This document shows, piece by piece, positions 9,523-18,359 of a stretch of 64,000 nucleotides of DNA; the stretch's first letter is position 1; every line of letters starts with the position of its first letter. The notes below the pieces were generated by a model, which ran no database searches, was not told where the DNA came from, and worked only from the letters and a program-made list of their open reading frames with translations. The stretch is from a virus. The DNA is taken from the IMG/VR virus record IMGVR_UViG_3300033145_000767, positions 26,470-90,469 of that record, one strand, 5' to 3'. The translations under genes were made by a program, and so were the position numbers.

Positions 9523-9568
9523 GTTAAAAGTATTAAACTTATATGCAGATATAGGGGGTAAAAGATGA
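9515..9568 (+). pseudogene. Stub of a C5-cytosine DNA methyltransferase (motif I only)
   Basis: AGAGGAG RBS, then MSKLKVLNLYADIGGKR*, matching the KVLxL(F/Y)AGIGG SAM-binding start. Confidence 0.6.
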
Positions 9569-9867
9569 AAAAATTGTTAGCCAAACTAAACTTATGGTGG
9601 GCAGTAAAAACTAATAAGAAAGTGAAACAGCAGTATGAAGCAAAGAAAAAAATGGATTTCTTTTATAAGAGGTTAAAATTAGGCTTATGGGTACTTTATC
9701 TTGTTGATAATAAAATGAAAGAGTTAGGGTTTAGTAGAGAGCAAAAGAAACAAATGAGGAGAAGTTACTTTAAAGATGGTATATTATCTTCAACATTTAT
9801 GAATAAACTAATCAATGACACTAACATTATTGAGGAGATAAAGAATTATGAACGAAGAAAGGTATAA
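9565..9867 (+). CDS. Hypothetical basic protein
   Basis: ORF track, coupled to neighbours. Confidence 0.5.
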   Translation: MKKLLAKLNLWWAVKTNKKVKQQYEAKKKMDFFYKRLKLGLWVLYLVDNKMKELGFSREQKKQMRRSYFKDGILSSTFMNKLINDTNIIEEIKNYERRKV

Positions 9868-10192
9868 AACACCAGATGATAAGTTGACCTGTAAAGACTG
9901 TAAGGCAGTTATTGAAGATAAAGTGAACTGTTTAGCAAACATAATAATTCTTACAGAAGATGCAGAATCAATAATAACCCTTGAGATGAAACAAGCTTTA
10001 AACATAATAGAGGACTATAGTTATAAAAAATATTACCATTTAAGTGCCTCACAGATAGTATTATTTAGACCAGATATTGCAGTAAAGGCATTTAAAAGAA
10101 TATTTAAAAAACCTATATTCTTTGGGTTTGAGTTTAGCATACTTTGTAAGAGTTGCTATGCATTACATAAGGTTAAACACCCTCTCAAATAG
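9848..10192 (+). CDS. Hypothetical Zn-binding protein
   Basis: CKDC...CKSC pairs, GAGGAG RBS. Confidence 0.5.
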   Translation: MNEERYKTPDDKLTCKDCKAVIEDKVNCLANIIILTEDAESIITLEMKQALNIIEDYSYKKYYHLSASQIVLFRPDIAVKAFKRIFKKPIFFGFEFSILCKSCYALHKVKHPLK

Positions 10193-10223
10193 TTGTTGAG
10201 TTTTCATCCAATATGCTATAATT
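10189..10223 (+). promoter_or_regulatory. Extended -10 promoter (TGcTATAAT)
   Basis: Intergenic, upstream of the DeoC-like gene; resembles 34757-34790. Confidence 0.6.
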
Positions 10224-10264
10224 GAAGTAGAGGGTAGAAATAGGTAGAAACTTAAAAAGGAGAC

Positions 10265-10978
10265 ATGATGATACACATAGAGAGATTTATAGATAATACA
10301 TTTTTAAAGGGGGGCAATAGAGCAAAGTTGCTAGATGATTTTATGAGTACATATAAACATGCCTTTAGGTCATTATGTACCAATGAGGGTAACCTTGAGT
10401 TAGCTAAAGAGGCTAAAGTGTTATTCCCTTCATCCCCAACTAAACTGGCTATTGTTAGAAATTTTCCTTATGGAACATCTAGTAAGCCTGCACCTATAGA
10501 AGATAGGGAAATTGACGAATATGATGTAGTTATACCGCATAAGTTAATAGCAAGAAACAAAGTAGACAAGGTAAAGTTTTTCTTAGACGCCTACTACAGA
10601 ACAGGTAGAACCATTAAGTGGGTAATAGAAGAACCTCTATATGAAGACTATGAAATATCGGAGCTAGTAAATTTTATATACTCTCATTATATGGAGGGAA
10701 GATATAATAATAGAGTTTATATAAAATCAAACTCTGGGTTTGTAGACAGAAAGAGGGCATTTAATACAGTTGTTAAACTATTTCCAAGCCTTGTTAGAAG
10801 GGTTGCACCTAAAGAACACCTTGGGGTAAAGATTTCGGGTTGGGTATCAACACTAAAACAGGCGAGGAGAATTGCACAGCAAGATTGTATTATGGGCTCA
10901 TCTAAAGGTTTAAAAATATTTTATGAACAGCAGAACTTAAAATATGATACTGCAAATAAAAGAATTATAGAGGGGTAG
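10265..10978 (+). CDS. deoC: Divergent deoxyribose-phosphate aldolase-like protein (class I aldolase)
   Basis: IDNTFLK, NFPYGT, EYDVV, IKWVIEE, YIKSNSGF (Schiff-base Lys), GVKISG, MGSS follow the DeoC motif order. Confidence 0.7.
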   Translation: MMIHIERFIDNTFLKGGNRAKLLDDFMSTYKHAFRSLCTNEGNLELAKEAKVLFPSSPTKLAIVRNFPYGTSSKPAPIEDREIDEYDVVIPHKLIARNKVDKVKFFLDAYYRTGRTIKWVIEEPLYEDYEISELVNFIYSHYMEGRYNNRVYIKSNSGFVDRKRAFNTVVKLFPSLVRRVAPKEHLGVKISGWVSTLKQARRIAQQDCIMGSSKGLKIFYEQQNLKYDTANKRIIEG

Positions 10979-11110
10979 TATGAAGAAGTATAAACTTTTT
11001 GTAACCTATGGACTAATGGTGGCCAGTAATAACCCTTTGTACCTAAGAGTAGGGTTTCATAATAGGGGGGCAAAGTATGGGTTATACATTGATACCTTAG
11101 TAAGTAGAAC

Positions 11111-11356
11111 ATGGGTGTACCTGAAAAGAGGTTAGTTATGGTAAGAAAAAATAGTAAAAAGTATAGAATAGCTAAAAGACTAGGGGAAATATACTTAGCC
11201 TTAAAAGAACTCTCTGGAGAATTGCAGGAATTTGCAGAAGACCATGAACTAGGTAGTATAGGTAATATGCTTTTAGATGATATTAAAAAGATAGAGCAAG
11301 CAGACCACGATTTAATTCGGGTTGCTCACAAATTAATAAAAGAGGGGGGAAACTAG
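11111..11356 (+). CDS. Hypothetical protein
   Basis: ORF track. Confidence 0.45.
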   Translation: MGVPEKRLVMVRKNSKKYRIAKRLGEIYLALKELSGELQEFAEDHELGSIGNMLLDDIKKIEQADHDLIRVAHKLIKEGGN

Positions 11357-11949
11357 TGTTAATTAATAAAATAAACTCTATGAAAAATCTTGATGATTTT
11401 TTATATACTACTTACCTAATTGGTGCTATGGAAGAGAAAGCCGAAGGTGATAGTGGAGAGTCTAAAAGAGAGGTATTTTTTAATGGGTTAGTAAAAAGAA
11501 ATGTATTCCCTATAGACTCAACTAGAACTGAAGTTATGAGAACAGGTTTTACTTCTAAAGAACTTAAAGAAAAAATGGCAGGTTGGACAGCTTCAGGTAA
11601 TAAAGAACTAAGAAAAAAATATGCTAAATGTATCTGGGAAGGAAGAAATATGGTTGATGAAGATTTTAACCTAATATACATTCCAGGCGATTTTCATGCA
11701 GTTAAGATTTCTAATTGGATAACAGCCGTTATAAATGAAGGGGATAGACCTTGTGGTACATTTGGTGAAGCTGGTGTAGCTACAGATATAAAGATACCTA
11801 TTTATATAATAACTGAGCTACCAAAATATAAATTGCCAGGAAGCTTAATACAATGGATGGATATTAATGATGGGGAAGTATTTAAAACTCAAAGAGAGTA
11901 TTTTAACTTTATAGATAAAAAATATGTTTTAAAGGAGAAAAAAAGATGA
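11356..11949 (+). CDS. Nucleoside 2-deoxyribosyltransferase / nucleotide N-hydrolase-like protein
   Basis: TYLIGAME, GDFHAVKISNWITAV, CGTFGEAGVA (GTxxE), IPIYII. Confidence 0.65.
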   Translation: MLINKINSMKNLDDFLYTTYLIGAMEEKAEGDSGESKREVFFNGLVKRNVFPIDSTRTEVMRTGFTSKELKEKMAGWTASGNKELRKKYAKCIWEGRNMVDEDFNLIYIPGDFHAVKISNWITAVINEGDRPCGTFGEAGVATDIKIPIYIITELPKYKLPGSLIQWMDINDGEVFKTQREYFNFIDKKYVLKEKKR

Positions 11950-12407
11950 GCAATGAAAAACCCACTAACCCAAAAGGTATTATTGGTAGTAGTAAACTAC
12001 CTTTTCACCTTTGCCCAACAACCTTTATAGCAGGGGTATCAATGGCTTTTCTTGAAGGTTGCTTAAAGTATGGCAGAAGTAATTTTAGAGCAGCAGGGGC
12101 AAGGTCTAGTATTTATTATGATGCAACAATGAGGCATTTAATATCATGGTTTGAGGGGGAAGATATAGACCCTGATAGCGGGATACATCATTTATATAAA
12201 GCAGGGGCTTGTTTAGCAGTAATAGCTGATGCTATGGAAGCAGATAAATTAAATGATGATAGAATGATTAAGGGAGGTTATGAAGATATAATTAAAAAAT
12301 TTACCCCTTTAATTAAAGAGATAAAAGAAAGGCATAAAGGTAAAAACCCTAAACATTATACTATAAAAGATAACAAAAAGGAGGAACAGGATGAAGTTAA
12401 AAGTTAA
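11946..12407 (+). CDS. DUF5664 dATP/dGTP diphosphohydrolase domain protein
   Basis: TNPK..IGSSKLP, EGCLKYGRSNFR, YYDATMRHL.SWFEGEDIDPDSGIHHL. Confidence 0.85.
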   Translation: MSNEKPTNPKGIIGSSKLPFHLCPTTFIAGVSMAFLEGCLKYGRSNFRAAGARSSIYYDATMRHLISWFEGEDIDPDSGIHHLYKAGACLAVIADAMEADKLNDDRMIKGGYEDIIKKFTPLIKEIKERHKGKNPKHYTIKDNKKEEQDEVKS

Positions 12408-12750
12408 AGAAGTACTAAGTATGAAAGAAGTTTTACAGAAACTAATAGGTCAAGATTTAGATACAGTAGTAAGTTATGATGTAGAGGAAATAGTTTCAAG
12501 TATTAATGAAGAATTAGCTACTTATAATAAAACTAAAACTAAACTTATAAAGAAACTAGGTAAAGAAGATAAAGATAAAAAGACTATTGTAGTTGAAAAA
12601 GAAAACATAGAAAAATATAATAAAGAGTTAGTTAAAATATTAGAAAAAGAAGTAGAAATAAAAGGTAACAAAATTAAAGTTTCAAGACTAGAGGGAAGTA
12701 AATTAAATGTTATAGAAGTTGCTAGAATTAAACCTATACTAGAAAGATGA
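12391..12750 (+). CDS. Hypothetical helical phage protein (DUF1617-like)
   Basis: General sequence pattern only; GGAGG RBS. Confidence 0.4.
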   Translation: MKLKVKEVLSMKEVLQKLIGQDLDTVVSYDVEEIVSSINEELATYNKTKTKLIKKLGKEDKDKKTIVVEKENIEKYNKELVKILEKEVEIKGNKIKVSRLEGSKLNVIEVARIKPILER

Positions 12751-13202
12751 AAATGAGCATTAAAAATGAGTACTACAAAAAGTATCCTTGGCTACACTCT
12801 TTAATGTTAGCTAAACAAAGGTGTAACAATAAAAAAAATAATAGGTATAAAACCTATGGTGGTAGGGGTATAAAACTATTTTTAACCAAGGAAGCCATAA
12901 AGAAACTTTGGTTTAGAGATAAAGCATTTAATATGATTAAGCCCTCTATAGACCGTATTAATAATGATGGGAATTATGGGTTTAGTAATTGTAGGTTTAT
13001 TGAAACATCCGATAATGTAATTAAATCTAAAGAAAAAATTATTAATCAATATGATTTACAAGGTAAATTTATTAAATCTTGGAAAAGCCAAATTGAAATA
13101 CAAAATACTTTAGGTTTTTTACAATGCTGTATTTCAGATGTTTGTAGAAAGAAACAAAAAACTGCTTATAGTTTTATTTGGAAGTTTAAAAAAGAGAGGT
13201 AG
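12747..13202 (+). CDS. HNH-like endonuclease with NUMOD1-like domain; copy 2 of 5
   Basis: YPW...AKQRC...YGGRGI...SIDRINNDGNY...NCRF; INQYDLQG. Confidence 0.8.
   Translation: MKMSIKNEYYKKYPWLHSLMLAKQRCNNKKNNRYKTYGGRGIKLFLTKEAIKKLWFRDKAFNMIKPSIDRINNDGNYGFSNCRFIETSDNVIKSKEKIINQYDLQGKFIKSWKSQIEIQNTLGFLQCCISDVCRKKQKTAYSFIWKFKKER
12909..12978 (+). repeat. 70-nt dispersed repeat shared by HNH copies 2 and 4 (partner 19631-19700)
   Basis: Direct comparison gives 69/70 identical bases. Confidence 0.9.
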
Positions 13203-13206
13203 TACT

Positions 13207-13671
13207 ATGGAAAAAGTCGTAACTTATAGTGAATTAGTAGACTTATGTAAATCAGAGGGGGGTATAGAACAGCTTAAGGGTTATATACAGGATGTAGCAG
13301 ATATAGTAAATGACTGTACTTTAGATTTTTTAAATGATGTAGCTTTTACTATAGACGAATACCAGAAGATACAGAAAACCTTAACAGGTTGTGTAATGTA
13401 TTTAAACCCTATAGTTAATTATGCTAGTACAGTTAAGAGAAATGAATCCTTAAGAAAGTTTGTATCTCTTAAAGACAACTTTATTCCTGCTACTGTAAAG
13501 GATAAGTTTGTAGCTACATCAGCAACTAATGAAGCAGAGCTTAGTGTAGCTAGTTTTAGGGAAGTAAGAGACATGGCAGAAGCTTATCTTAAATCTTCTG
13601 AAAGTGGTATATATACCTGTAAAGACAGAGTATTAGAGAAGAAGAAAGAATTTAAGGCAAGTAATGAATAG
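13207..13671 (+). CDS. Hypothetical helical protein (possible UvsY-like recombination mediator)
   Basis: Start moved to ATG 13207 after GAGG; all-helical pattern; function inferred from context only. Confidence 0.4.
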   Translation: MEKVVTYSELVDLCKSEGGIEQLKGYIQDVADIVNDCTLDFLNDVAFTIDEYQKIQKTLTGCVMYLNPIVNYASTVKRNESLRKFVSLKDNFIPATVKDKFVATSATNEAELSVASFREVRDMAEAYLKSSESGIYTCKDRVLEKKKEFKASNE

Positions 13672-13764
13672 TATATTTATTATAATAGTTATTAATTTGA
13701 ATACGCCATCTGAAGAAGATGAATACTGGCATAATCATTTTATGAAAAACCTGGAGGAAGATGA

Positions 13765-14085
13765 ATGAGTAACACTAAGAGAGGTAAATCAACAGATAAG
13801 TATAAAAAATATAATCATCACCATGAAATACTAAATGAACATAAAATAGTGGATTTTAATAATGGTAAATTTGTAGCTAATATTGAAGCTATACCTTTAT
13901 TAAAAGCACTTAATGAAATAGGTTTAAGAACAAGAACACATCACATTGGAAAAGAAAAAGAGGCTTTTATAAGTATTTTATTAGATAAAGATGTAAGTAT
14001 AGAAATAAAAACTGTATTTGAAAGAGATGCAGATAGAACTAAATACACTGGTAAAAAAGAATTATTAATTTCTTGGAGAAAATAA
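13765..14085 (+). CDS. Hypothetical protein
   Basis: GGAGG RBS, ORF track. Confidence 0.5.
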   Translation: MSNTKRGKSTDKYKKYNHHHEILNEHKIVDFNNGKFVANIEAIPLLKALNEIGLRTRTHHIGKEKEAFISILLDKDVSIEIKTVFERDADRTKYTGKKELLISWRK

Positions 14086-14687
14086 TGAGTAAAATAATAT
14101 TAGGGTATATAGCAGAAGAAGGTGATGCAAAACGAATGGAAGAATTTCAAATATCGCCTGAAACTAATGAATGTCTAAAACCTATTTATAAGAAAAATAA
14201 AATAATAGTAATAGATAAAATAAAAAAACAATTTCTAAAGAAGTATTTTCTTAAATACCCTTGGATGAAGCATTATTTCAATGCTAGAAGAAGGTGCAAA
14301 GATAAAAAGTTCTATAGCTATAAATATTACGGTAAACTTGGCATTAAATGTCTAATTAATAGGGTTGAAATTGAGGAAAGATGGTATAAAGATAAAGCAT
14401 ATAAAATGAAGAAACCGACTTTAAGTCGTAGTAGCCATGATAAAGATTACACTTTTAAAAATGCTAGGTTTATAGAGAATTCTAATAATATAGCGGAAAG
14501 AAATAAAAGAGTATGCTCAAAAAAAATAGAACAATATGACTTAGAAGGTAATTTTATTAAAGAATGGGAAAGCCAATCTCAAATAGAAAGGTGGTTAGGT
14601 TACGACCAAGGTAATATATCAAATGTATGTAGGGGCAAGTATAAACAGTCATATGGTTTTGTTTGGAGGTTTAAAGATGCCAAATAA
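14085..14687 (+). CDS. HNH-like endonuclease with NUMOD1-like domain, degenerate core; copy 3 of 5
   Basis: YPW...ARRRC...YGKLGI; core reads TLSRSSHDKDY instead of SIDRIDNDGDY. Confidence 0.7.
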   Translation: MSKIILGYIAEEGDAKRMEEFQISPETNECLKPIYKKNKIIVIDKIKKQFLKKYFLKYPWMKHYFNARRRCKDKKFYSYKYYGKLGIKCLINRVEIEERWYKDKAYKMKKPTLSRSSHDKDYTFKNARFIENSNNIAERNKRVCSKKIEQYDLEGNFIKEWESQSQIERWLGYDQGNISNVCRGKYKQSYGFVWRFKDAK

Positions 14688-15420
14688 AGTTATTGTGGTG
14701 GATCATGGATACGTTATGTTCACCGCCATACATGTATTTAGAAAGACATATGCTATGCCGGCTACTGACATGTATTTGTCCATGATACTAGGGTATTTAA
14801 GAATACTAGGAGCTACTCTTGATGATACTATAATCATAGCACAGGACAGCTTTAAAGGTTCTTGGCGTAGAAGCATATACCCTGAATATAAAGCCCAGAG
14901 AAAAGGAAACAGGGAGGCCCAAGAGGACAAAGACTGGTGGGATGAGGTATTCGGGGAGTTCAATGACCAAAAGAAAGTACTAGCTAGGGGTTTACCTTGG
15001 AATTGGGTAAGCGTAACACGCATGGAGGCAGACGATATAGCTAGTGTAGCTTGCAGATACTACAAAGATAGGGAAGTAGTACTCGTATCTAGCGATAGTG
15101 ATTGGGGCATGCTCCTACAATATCCGAATGTAAAGATTCTTAGCATTAAAACAAAGAAGTTTAAGGAAGTAAAAGACCCTTTAGCAATCCTCAAAGACAA
15201 AATAGAAAACGGGGACAGAGCAGACAACATCCTAAACAAGCCCAAGAGCGGAAGCGAGTGGGCTGTTAGGAAACAAATCGTGTCGTTGCTGGAATTGCCA
15301 GTTGAGGTAGAAAATGCTATTAAATGGGAATTATCAAACATTAATGTTAAGAGTGCAGATTTATCAGTAATTAGTAGTGGTATGCTTAGAAAGAGATTAA
15401 AAAAAATATATAACATATAA
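14677..15420 (+). CDS. 5'-3' exonuclease / flap endonuclease (T4 RNase H-like)
   Basis: VIVVD, AQD...SWRR.IYPEYKAQR, MEADDIA, VSSDSD, GDRADNI; start moved to ATG 14677 after GGAGG. Confidence 0.9.
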   Translation: MPNKVIVVDHGYVMFTAIHVFRKTYAMPATDMYLSMILGYLRILGATLDDTIIIAQDSFKGSWRRSIYPEYKAQRKGNREAQEDKDWWDEVFGEFNDQKKVLARGLPWNWVSVTRMEADDIASVACRYYKDREVVLVSSDSDWGMLLQYPNVKILSIKTKKFKEVKDPLAILKDKIENGDRADNILNKPKSGSEWAVRKQIVSLLELPVEVENAIKWELSNINVKSADLSVISSGMLRKRLKKIYNI

Positions 15421-15432
15421 GGAGGAATAAAA

Positions 15433-15516
15433 ATGGCAGGACGTAAAGGAGATTGTGGTGGAACACCAAGAACAGGAAGAAAAGGGGACGCAAAACCAAG
15501 AAGAGGCAGGAAATAA
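15433..15516 (+). CDS. 27-aa basic peptide MAGRKGDCGGTPRTGRKGDAKPRRGRK
   Basis: AAGGAGG RBS; fills the gap between two genes; below the ORF-track cutoff. Confidence 0.6.
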   Translation: MAGRKGDCGGTPRTGRKGDAKPRRGRK

Positions 15517-15535
15517 ATCATAAAAGGAGAACAAT

Positions 15536-16021
15536 ATGAGTAATGTTATAACAGGTCAACTTAAAGCTAAAGCTAGAACAAATAAAGCTTTCAAGCTAGA
15601 TGATAATAAATGGTATGAAGTATCAGGTAAGACAGAGGAATTTCTTGCCAATATGAATAAGCCTTACCCGCAGGTAGAGGTAACTTATGAACAGAATGGC
15701 TATAAAAGAAAAGTAACTTTTATTAAGCCTGTAGGGGCAGGGGAAGCCCCAGCACAGAATACAACAGTTGTAAATAATACTGTTGTTGATACAGGTAGTA
15801 AATCTAAACCTTCTTATGATTATAAGAAATCTGCAAAAAAGCAAGAAGATAAACCTACTCAAGAATATTGGGATAAAAGAGGTTTGGATATTAAAAAAGG
15901 TAATGCTTTAAATGCTTCAGCTTATGCATTATCAGGAACAGAGCCAGATGTAGAAGCATTAGCAGAGAAAGTTTTGTTTCTAGCAAATAAATTTTATGAG
16001 TATTTAACCTTAGAGGATTAA
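15536..16021 (+). CDS. Probable single-stranded DNA-binding protein
   Basis: Beta-rich OB-like N-terminus, linker, helical tail; lies between exonuclease and primase. Confidence 0.45.
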   Translation: MSNVITGQLKAKARTNKAFKLDDNKWYEVSGKTEEFLANMNKPYPQVEVTYEQNGYKRKVTFIKPVGAGEAPAQNTTVVNNTVVDTGSKSKPSYDYKKSAKKQEDKPTQEYWDKRGLDIKKGNALNASAYALSGTEPDVEALAEKVLFLANKFYEYLTLED

Positions 16022-16034
16022 TCAGGAGATAACA

Positions 16035-17906
16035 ATGGATATAGGTAAAAAGCTATTTGAGTATTTAGAGCTTAAATTGCCTGACTTCAATCAGACCAGA
16101 AATAAAAAGGGTAAGATACTATTTACTTGCCCTAATTATTATGGTCATAAGTTTAAAAAAGGTTCTCCTACCGCTATGTTTACTATGGGCGATAGCAAGA
16201 AAATATGTTGTCTCCAATGTGGCTGGAAGGGGGATGCTTATGATGCTGTTAGAACAGTTGAGGCTGATAAGAAAAATTCTGATAATGCAGGCATACTAAA
16301 GCATCTTATGGATATATTGGATTTAGATGTGTTCTCTGAACTTAATGATTATAAAAAACTTGGATTTTCAATACTACCTGTAGCTAGAAATGGTAAAGAG
16401 GCTATTGAACCTAAGTGGCAACAGATAACCCATTATGAAAAAGTAGATTGGATTAAATGGTTAAACAATGGTTTAAATATAGGTCTTAGGACAGGGGAAG
16501 TATCTGGTGTTACTGTAGTTGATTATGATATAAAAGGGGAAGAGACAGAAGAGCAAAAAGCAATTCTTAAGTCTTTACGGGATTCTGATACGCTTGTACA
16601 GAAAACACCAAGTGGGGGTAAACACTTTATTTTTAAGTTTGATGAAGAAGTACCTCAACAAGTAAACTTAGGTGGGATACACATAGATACAAGAAACACA
16701 AATGGTTATGTATTAGTTGCACCTTCTAAAAGAACAGAAGGGGATTATGCTATTGAAGACTTTGGTAAAGAGATTAAAGACATACCAAAGGAAATTAGAG
16801 AATTTATATTAGCTAATGCTAACAAGTCTAAAAAAGAGAAAGATGTTAAAATAATACTAAAAGATGGGGTAGATTTAGGTATAGACTTAACAGCAATAAA
16901 CCAAGTAAAAGAAGGGGACGGTAGAAATACTATAATCACATCTTTAGGGGGTTTATTAATAAAGAAATTTAATATACAACAGACTGCTGACATTGTAAGT
17001 ATAATCAATCATAATTTTTTTACACCCCCTCTATCTAAAAAAGAGATACTAAATACTTTACATAGTTTGGCTAAGTATCAAGATAGTGATGATTTAACGC
17101 ATGAGCAGACTGTATATGATTATTGTAAAGAAATGCAGAGTGATATTACTGCTAGAGATATGATGGATAGTTTACAGTTGCCAAGAGCAACAGTAGATAA
17201 GTATTTATCTAAGTTTAAGAAAGAACATATATTAATTAGGTGTGGCAGGGGGAGATACAAATTTAGAGAGGTAATAGAATGGTCTAAAGAATCTCCTAAG
17301 ACACTTGAAGAATACCCATATGAAATTAAATATTTTAGTGAATGTAACCATTTTCAAACAGGGGATATTCTACTACTTGGGGGTCAAACAAATATAGGTA
17401 AAACAACAATAGCTTTAAATATGTTAAAACATATGATTGCTCAGAATGTTACACCTTACTATATTTATTTAGAATCTGGTAGTAGGTTTCAAAAGACAAG
17501 CAAGATACTAGATATTTCACACAAGTACTTTCATGCCTATCATGCAGACCCAATGAGTATAGATATTATACCTGATAGCTTTACAATAATAGATTGGTTG
17601 CATATTAGTATGAAGGAATATACTGATACAGTATTTAAACATCTTAGTGATGAAATACAAAGAAAAGGTGGCATACTTGTAGTATTTACTCAGTTAAAAG
17701 AAACTAATGATTGGTTTGCCCCTAATTTAATTAAATCTTTTCCTACCTTTGCTTCTAGGTATTTTCAAGATAAAGATAATAAATCAGGGGGCTACTGGAA
17801 AATAGATAAATTAAAAGAACCTAAAGGTAATTATACAAGTTATGAGATACCTTGTCAATATAACTTTGAAACAAGAGAACTAAATAGGAAGGATTTACTT
17901 TACTAA
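16035..17906 (+). CDS. Primase-helicase: Zn finger, Prim-Pol (AEP), PriCT, wHTH and RecA-fold ATPase
   Basis: CPN...CLQC; NIGLRTG.VSG..VVDYD, TPSGGKH, GYVLVAPS; EGDGRN; GGQTNIGKT. Confidence 0.85.
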   Translation: MDIGKKLFEYLELKLPDFNQTRNKKGKILFTCPNYYGHKFKKGSPTAMFTMGDSKKICCLQCGWKGDAYDAVRTVEADKKNSDNAGILKHLMDILDLDVFSELNDYKKLGFSILPVARNGKEAIEPKWQQITHYEKVDWIKWLNNGLNIGLRTGEVSGVTVVDYDIKGEETEEQKAILKSLRDSDTLVQKTPSGGKHFIFKFDEEVPQQVNLGGIHIDTRNTNGYVLVAPSKRTEGDYAIEDFGKEIKDIPKEIREFILANANKSKKEKDVKIILKDGVDLGIDLTAINQVKEGDGRNTIITSLGGLLIKKFNIQQTADIVSIINHNFFTPPLSKKEILNTLHSLAKYQDSDDLTHEQTVYDYCKEMQSDITARDMMDSLQLPRATVDKYLSKFKKEHILIRCGRGRYKFREVIEWSKESPKTLEEYPYEIKYFSECNHFQTGDILLLGGQTNIGKTTIALNMLKHMIAQNVTPYYIYLESGSRFQKTSKILDISHKYFHAYHADPMSIDIIPDSFTIIDWLHISMKEYTDTVFKHLSDEIQRKGGILVVFTQLKETNDWFAPNLIKSFPTFASRYFQDKDNKSGGYWKIDKLKEPKGNYTSYEIPCQYNFETRELNRKDLLY

Positions 17907-18157
17907 TGAATGCTTTTTATAACTTTTGGATAAATCAACTAGGGTATTTGAACATTACTATATTATTAATAGCTGGGTTGATGATAGTTAGTACTAAAAG
18001 AAAAGTTAAGCTTATTGCTTGTTGGTTGTATATACTAAGTAATATTATTATCTTTTTAAGGGGTTATATGACCAATGTAGATTCTTTTATAAGTGCAAGT
18101 CTTATATTTGGTGCATTAACTGTGATAAATATGGTTAGAATATATAAACAAAAGTAG
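17906..18157 (+). CDS. Small three-TM membrane protein
   Basis: Three hydrophobic segments. Confidence 0.5.
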   Translation: MNAFYNFWINQLGYLNITILLIAGLMIVSTKRKVKLIACWLYILSNIIIFLRGYMTNVDSFISASLIFGALTVINMVRIYKQK

Positions 18158-18170
18158 AGGGGGTTTACTA

Positions 18171-18359
18171 ATGGATATTAAAAAAGGTTTAAAAGTTTAC
18201 ACAGATGATTTTTGGTATGATTTAGCCCATGGAGGGTATATACACCCTACAAGTATATGTGTAAAAGAAAGTGATGCTATGAAGGTATTAAACGCTTTAG
18301 CTATAATACAAGATTTTGAAGATTCTTGTGAAGAACAAATAGGGGGGTTTATTCAATGA
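18171..18359 (+). CDS. Hypothetical protein
   Basis: GAGG RBS, ORF track. Confidence 0.5.
   Translation: MDIKKGLKVYTDDFWYDLAHGGYIHPTSICVKESDAMKVLNALAIIQDFEDSCEEQIGGFIQ

Noticed and set aside
11001-11011. GTAACCTATGG also found at 34718
   Set aside because: Only 11 nt, and one copy lies in a small ORF; compatible with chance.
11946-12407. Calling this a Z-genome (2-aminoadenine) phage from DUF5664
   Set aside because: No PurZ-like gene in the window, and DUF5664 occurs in many other contexts.
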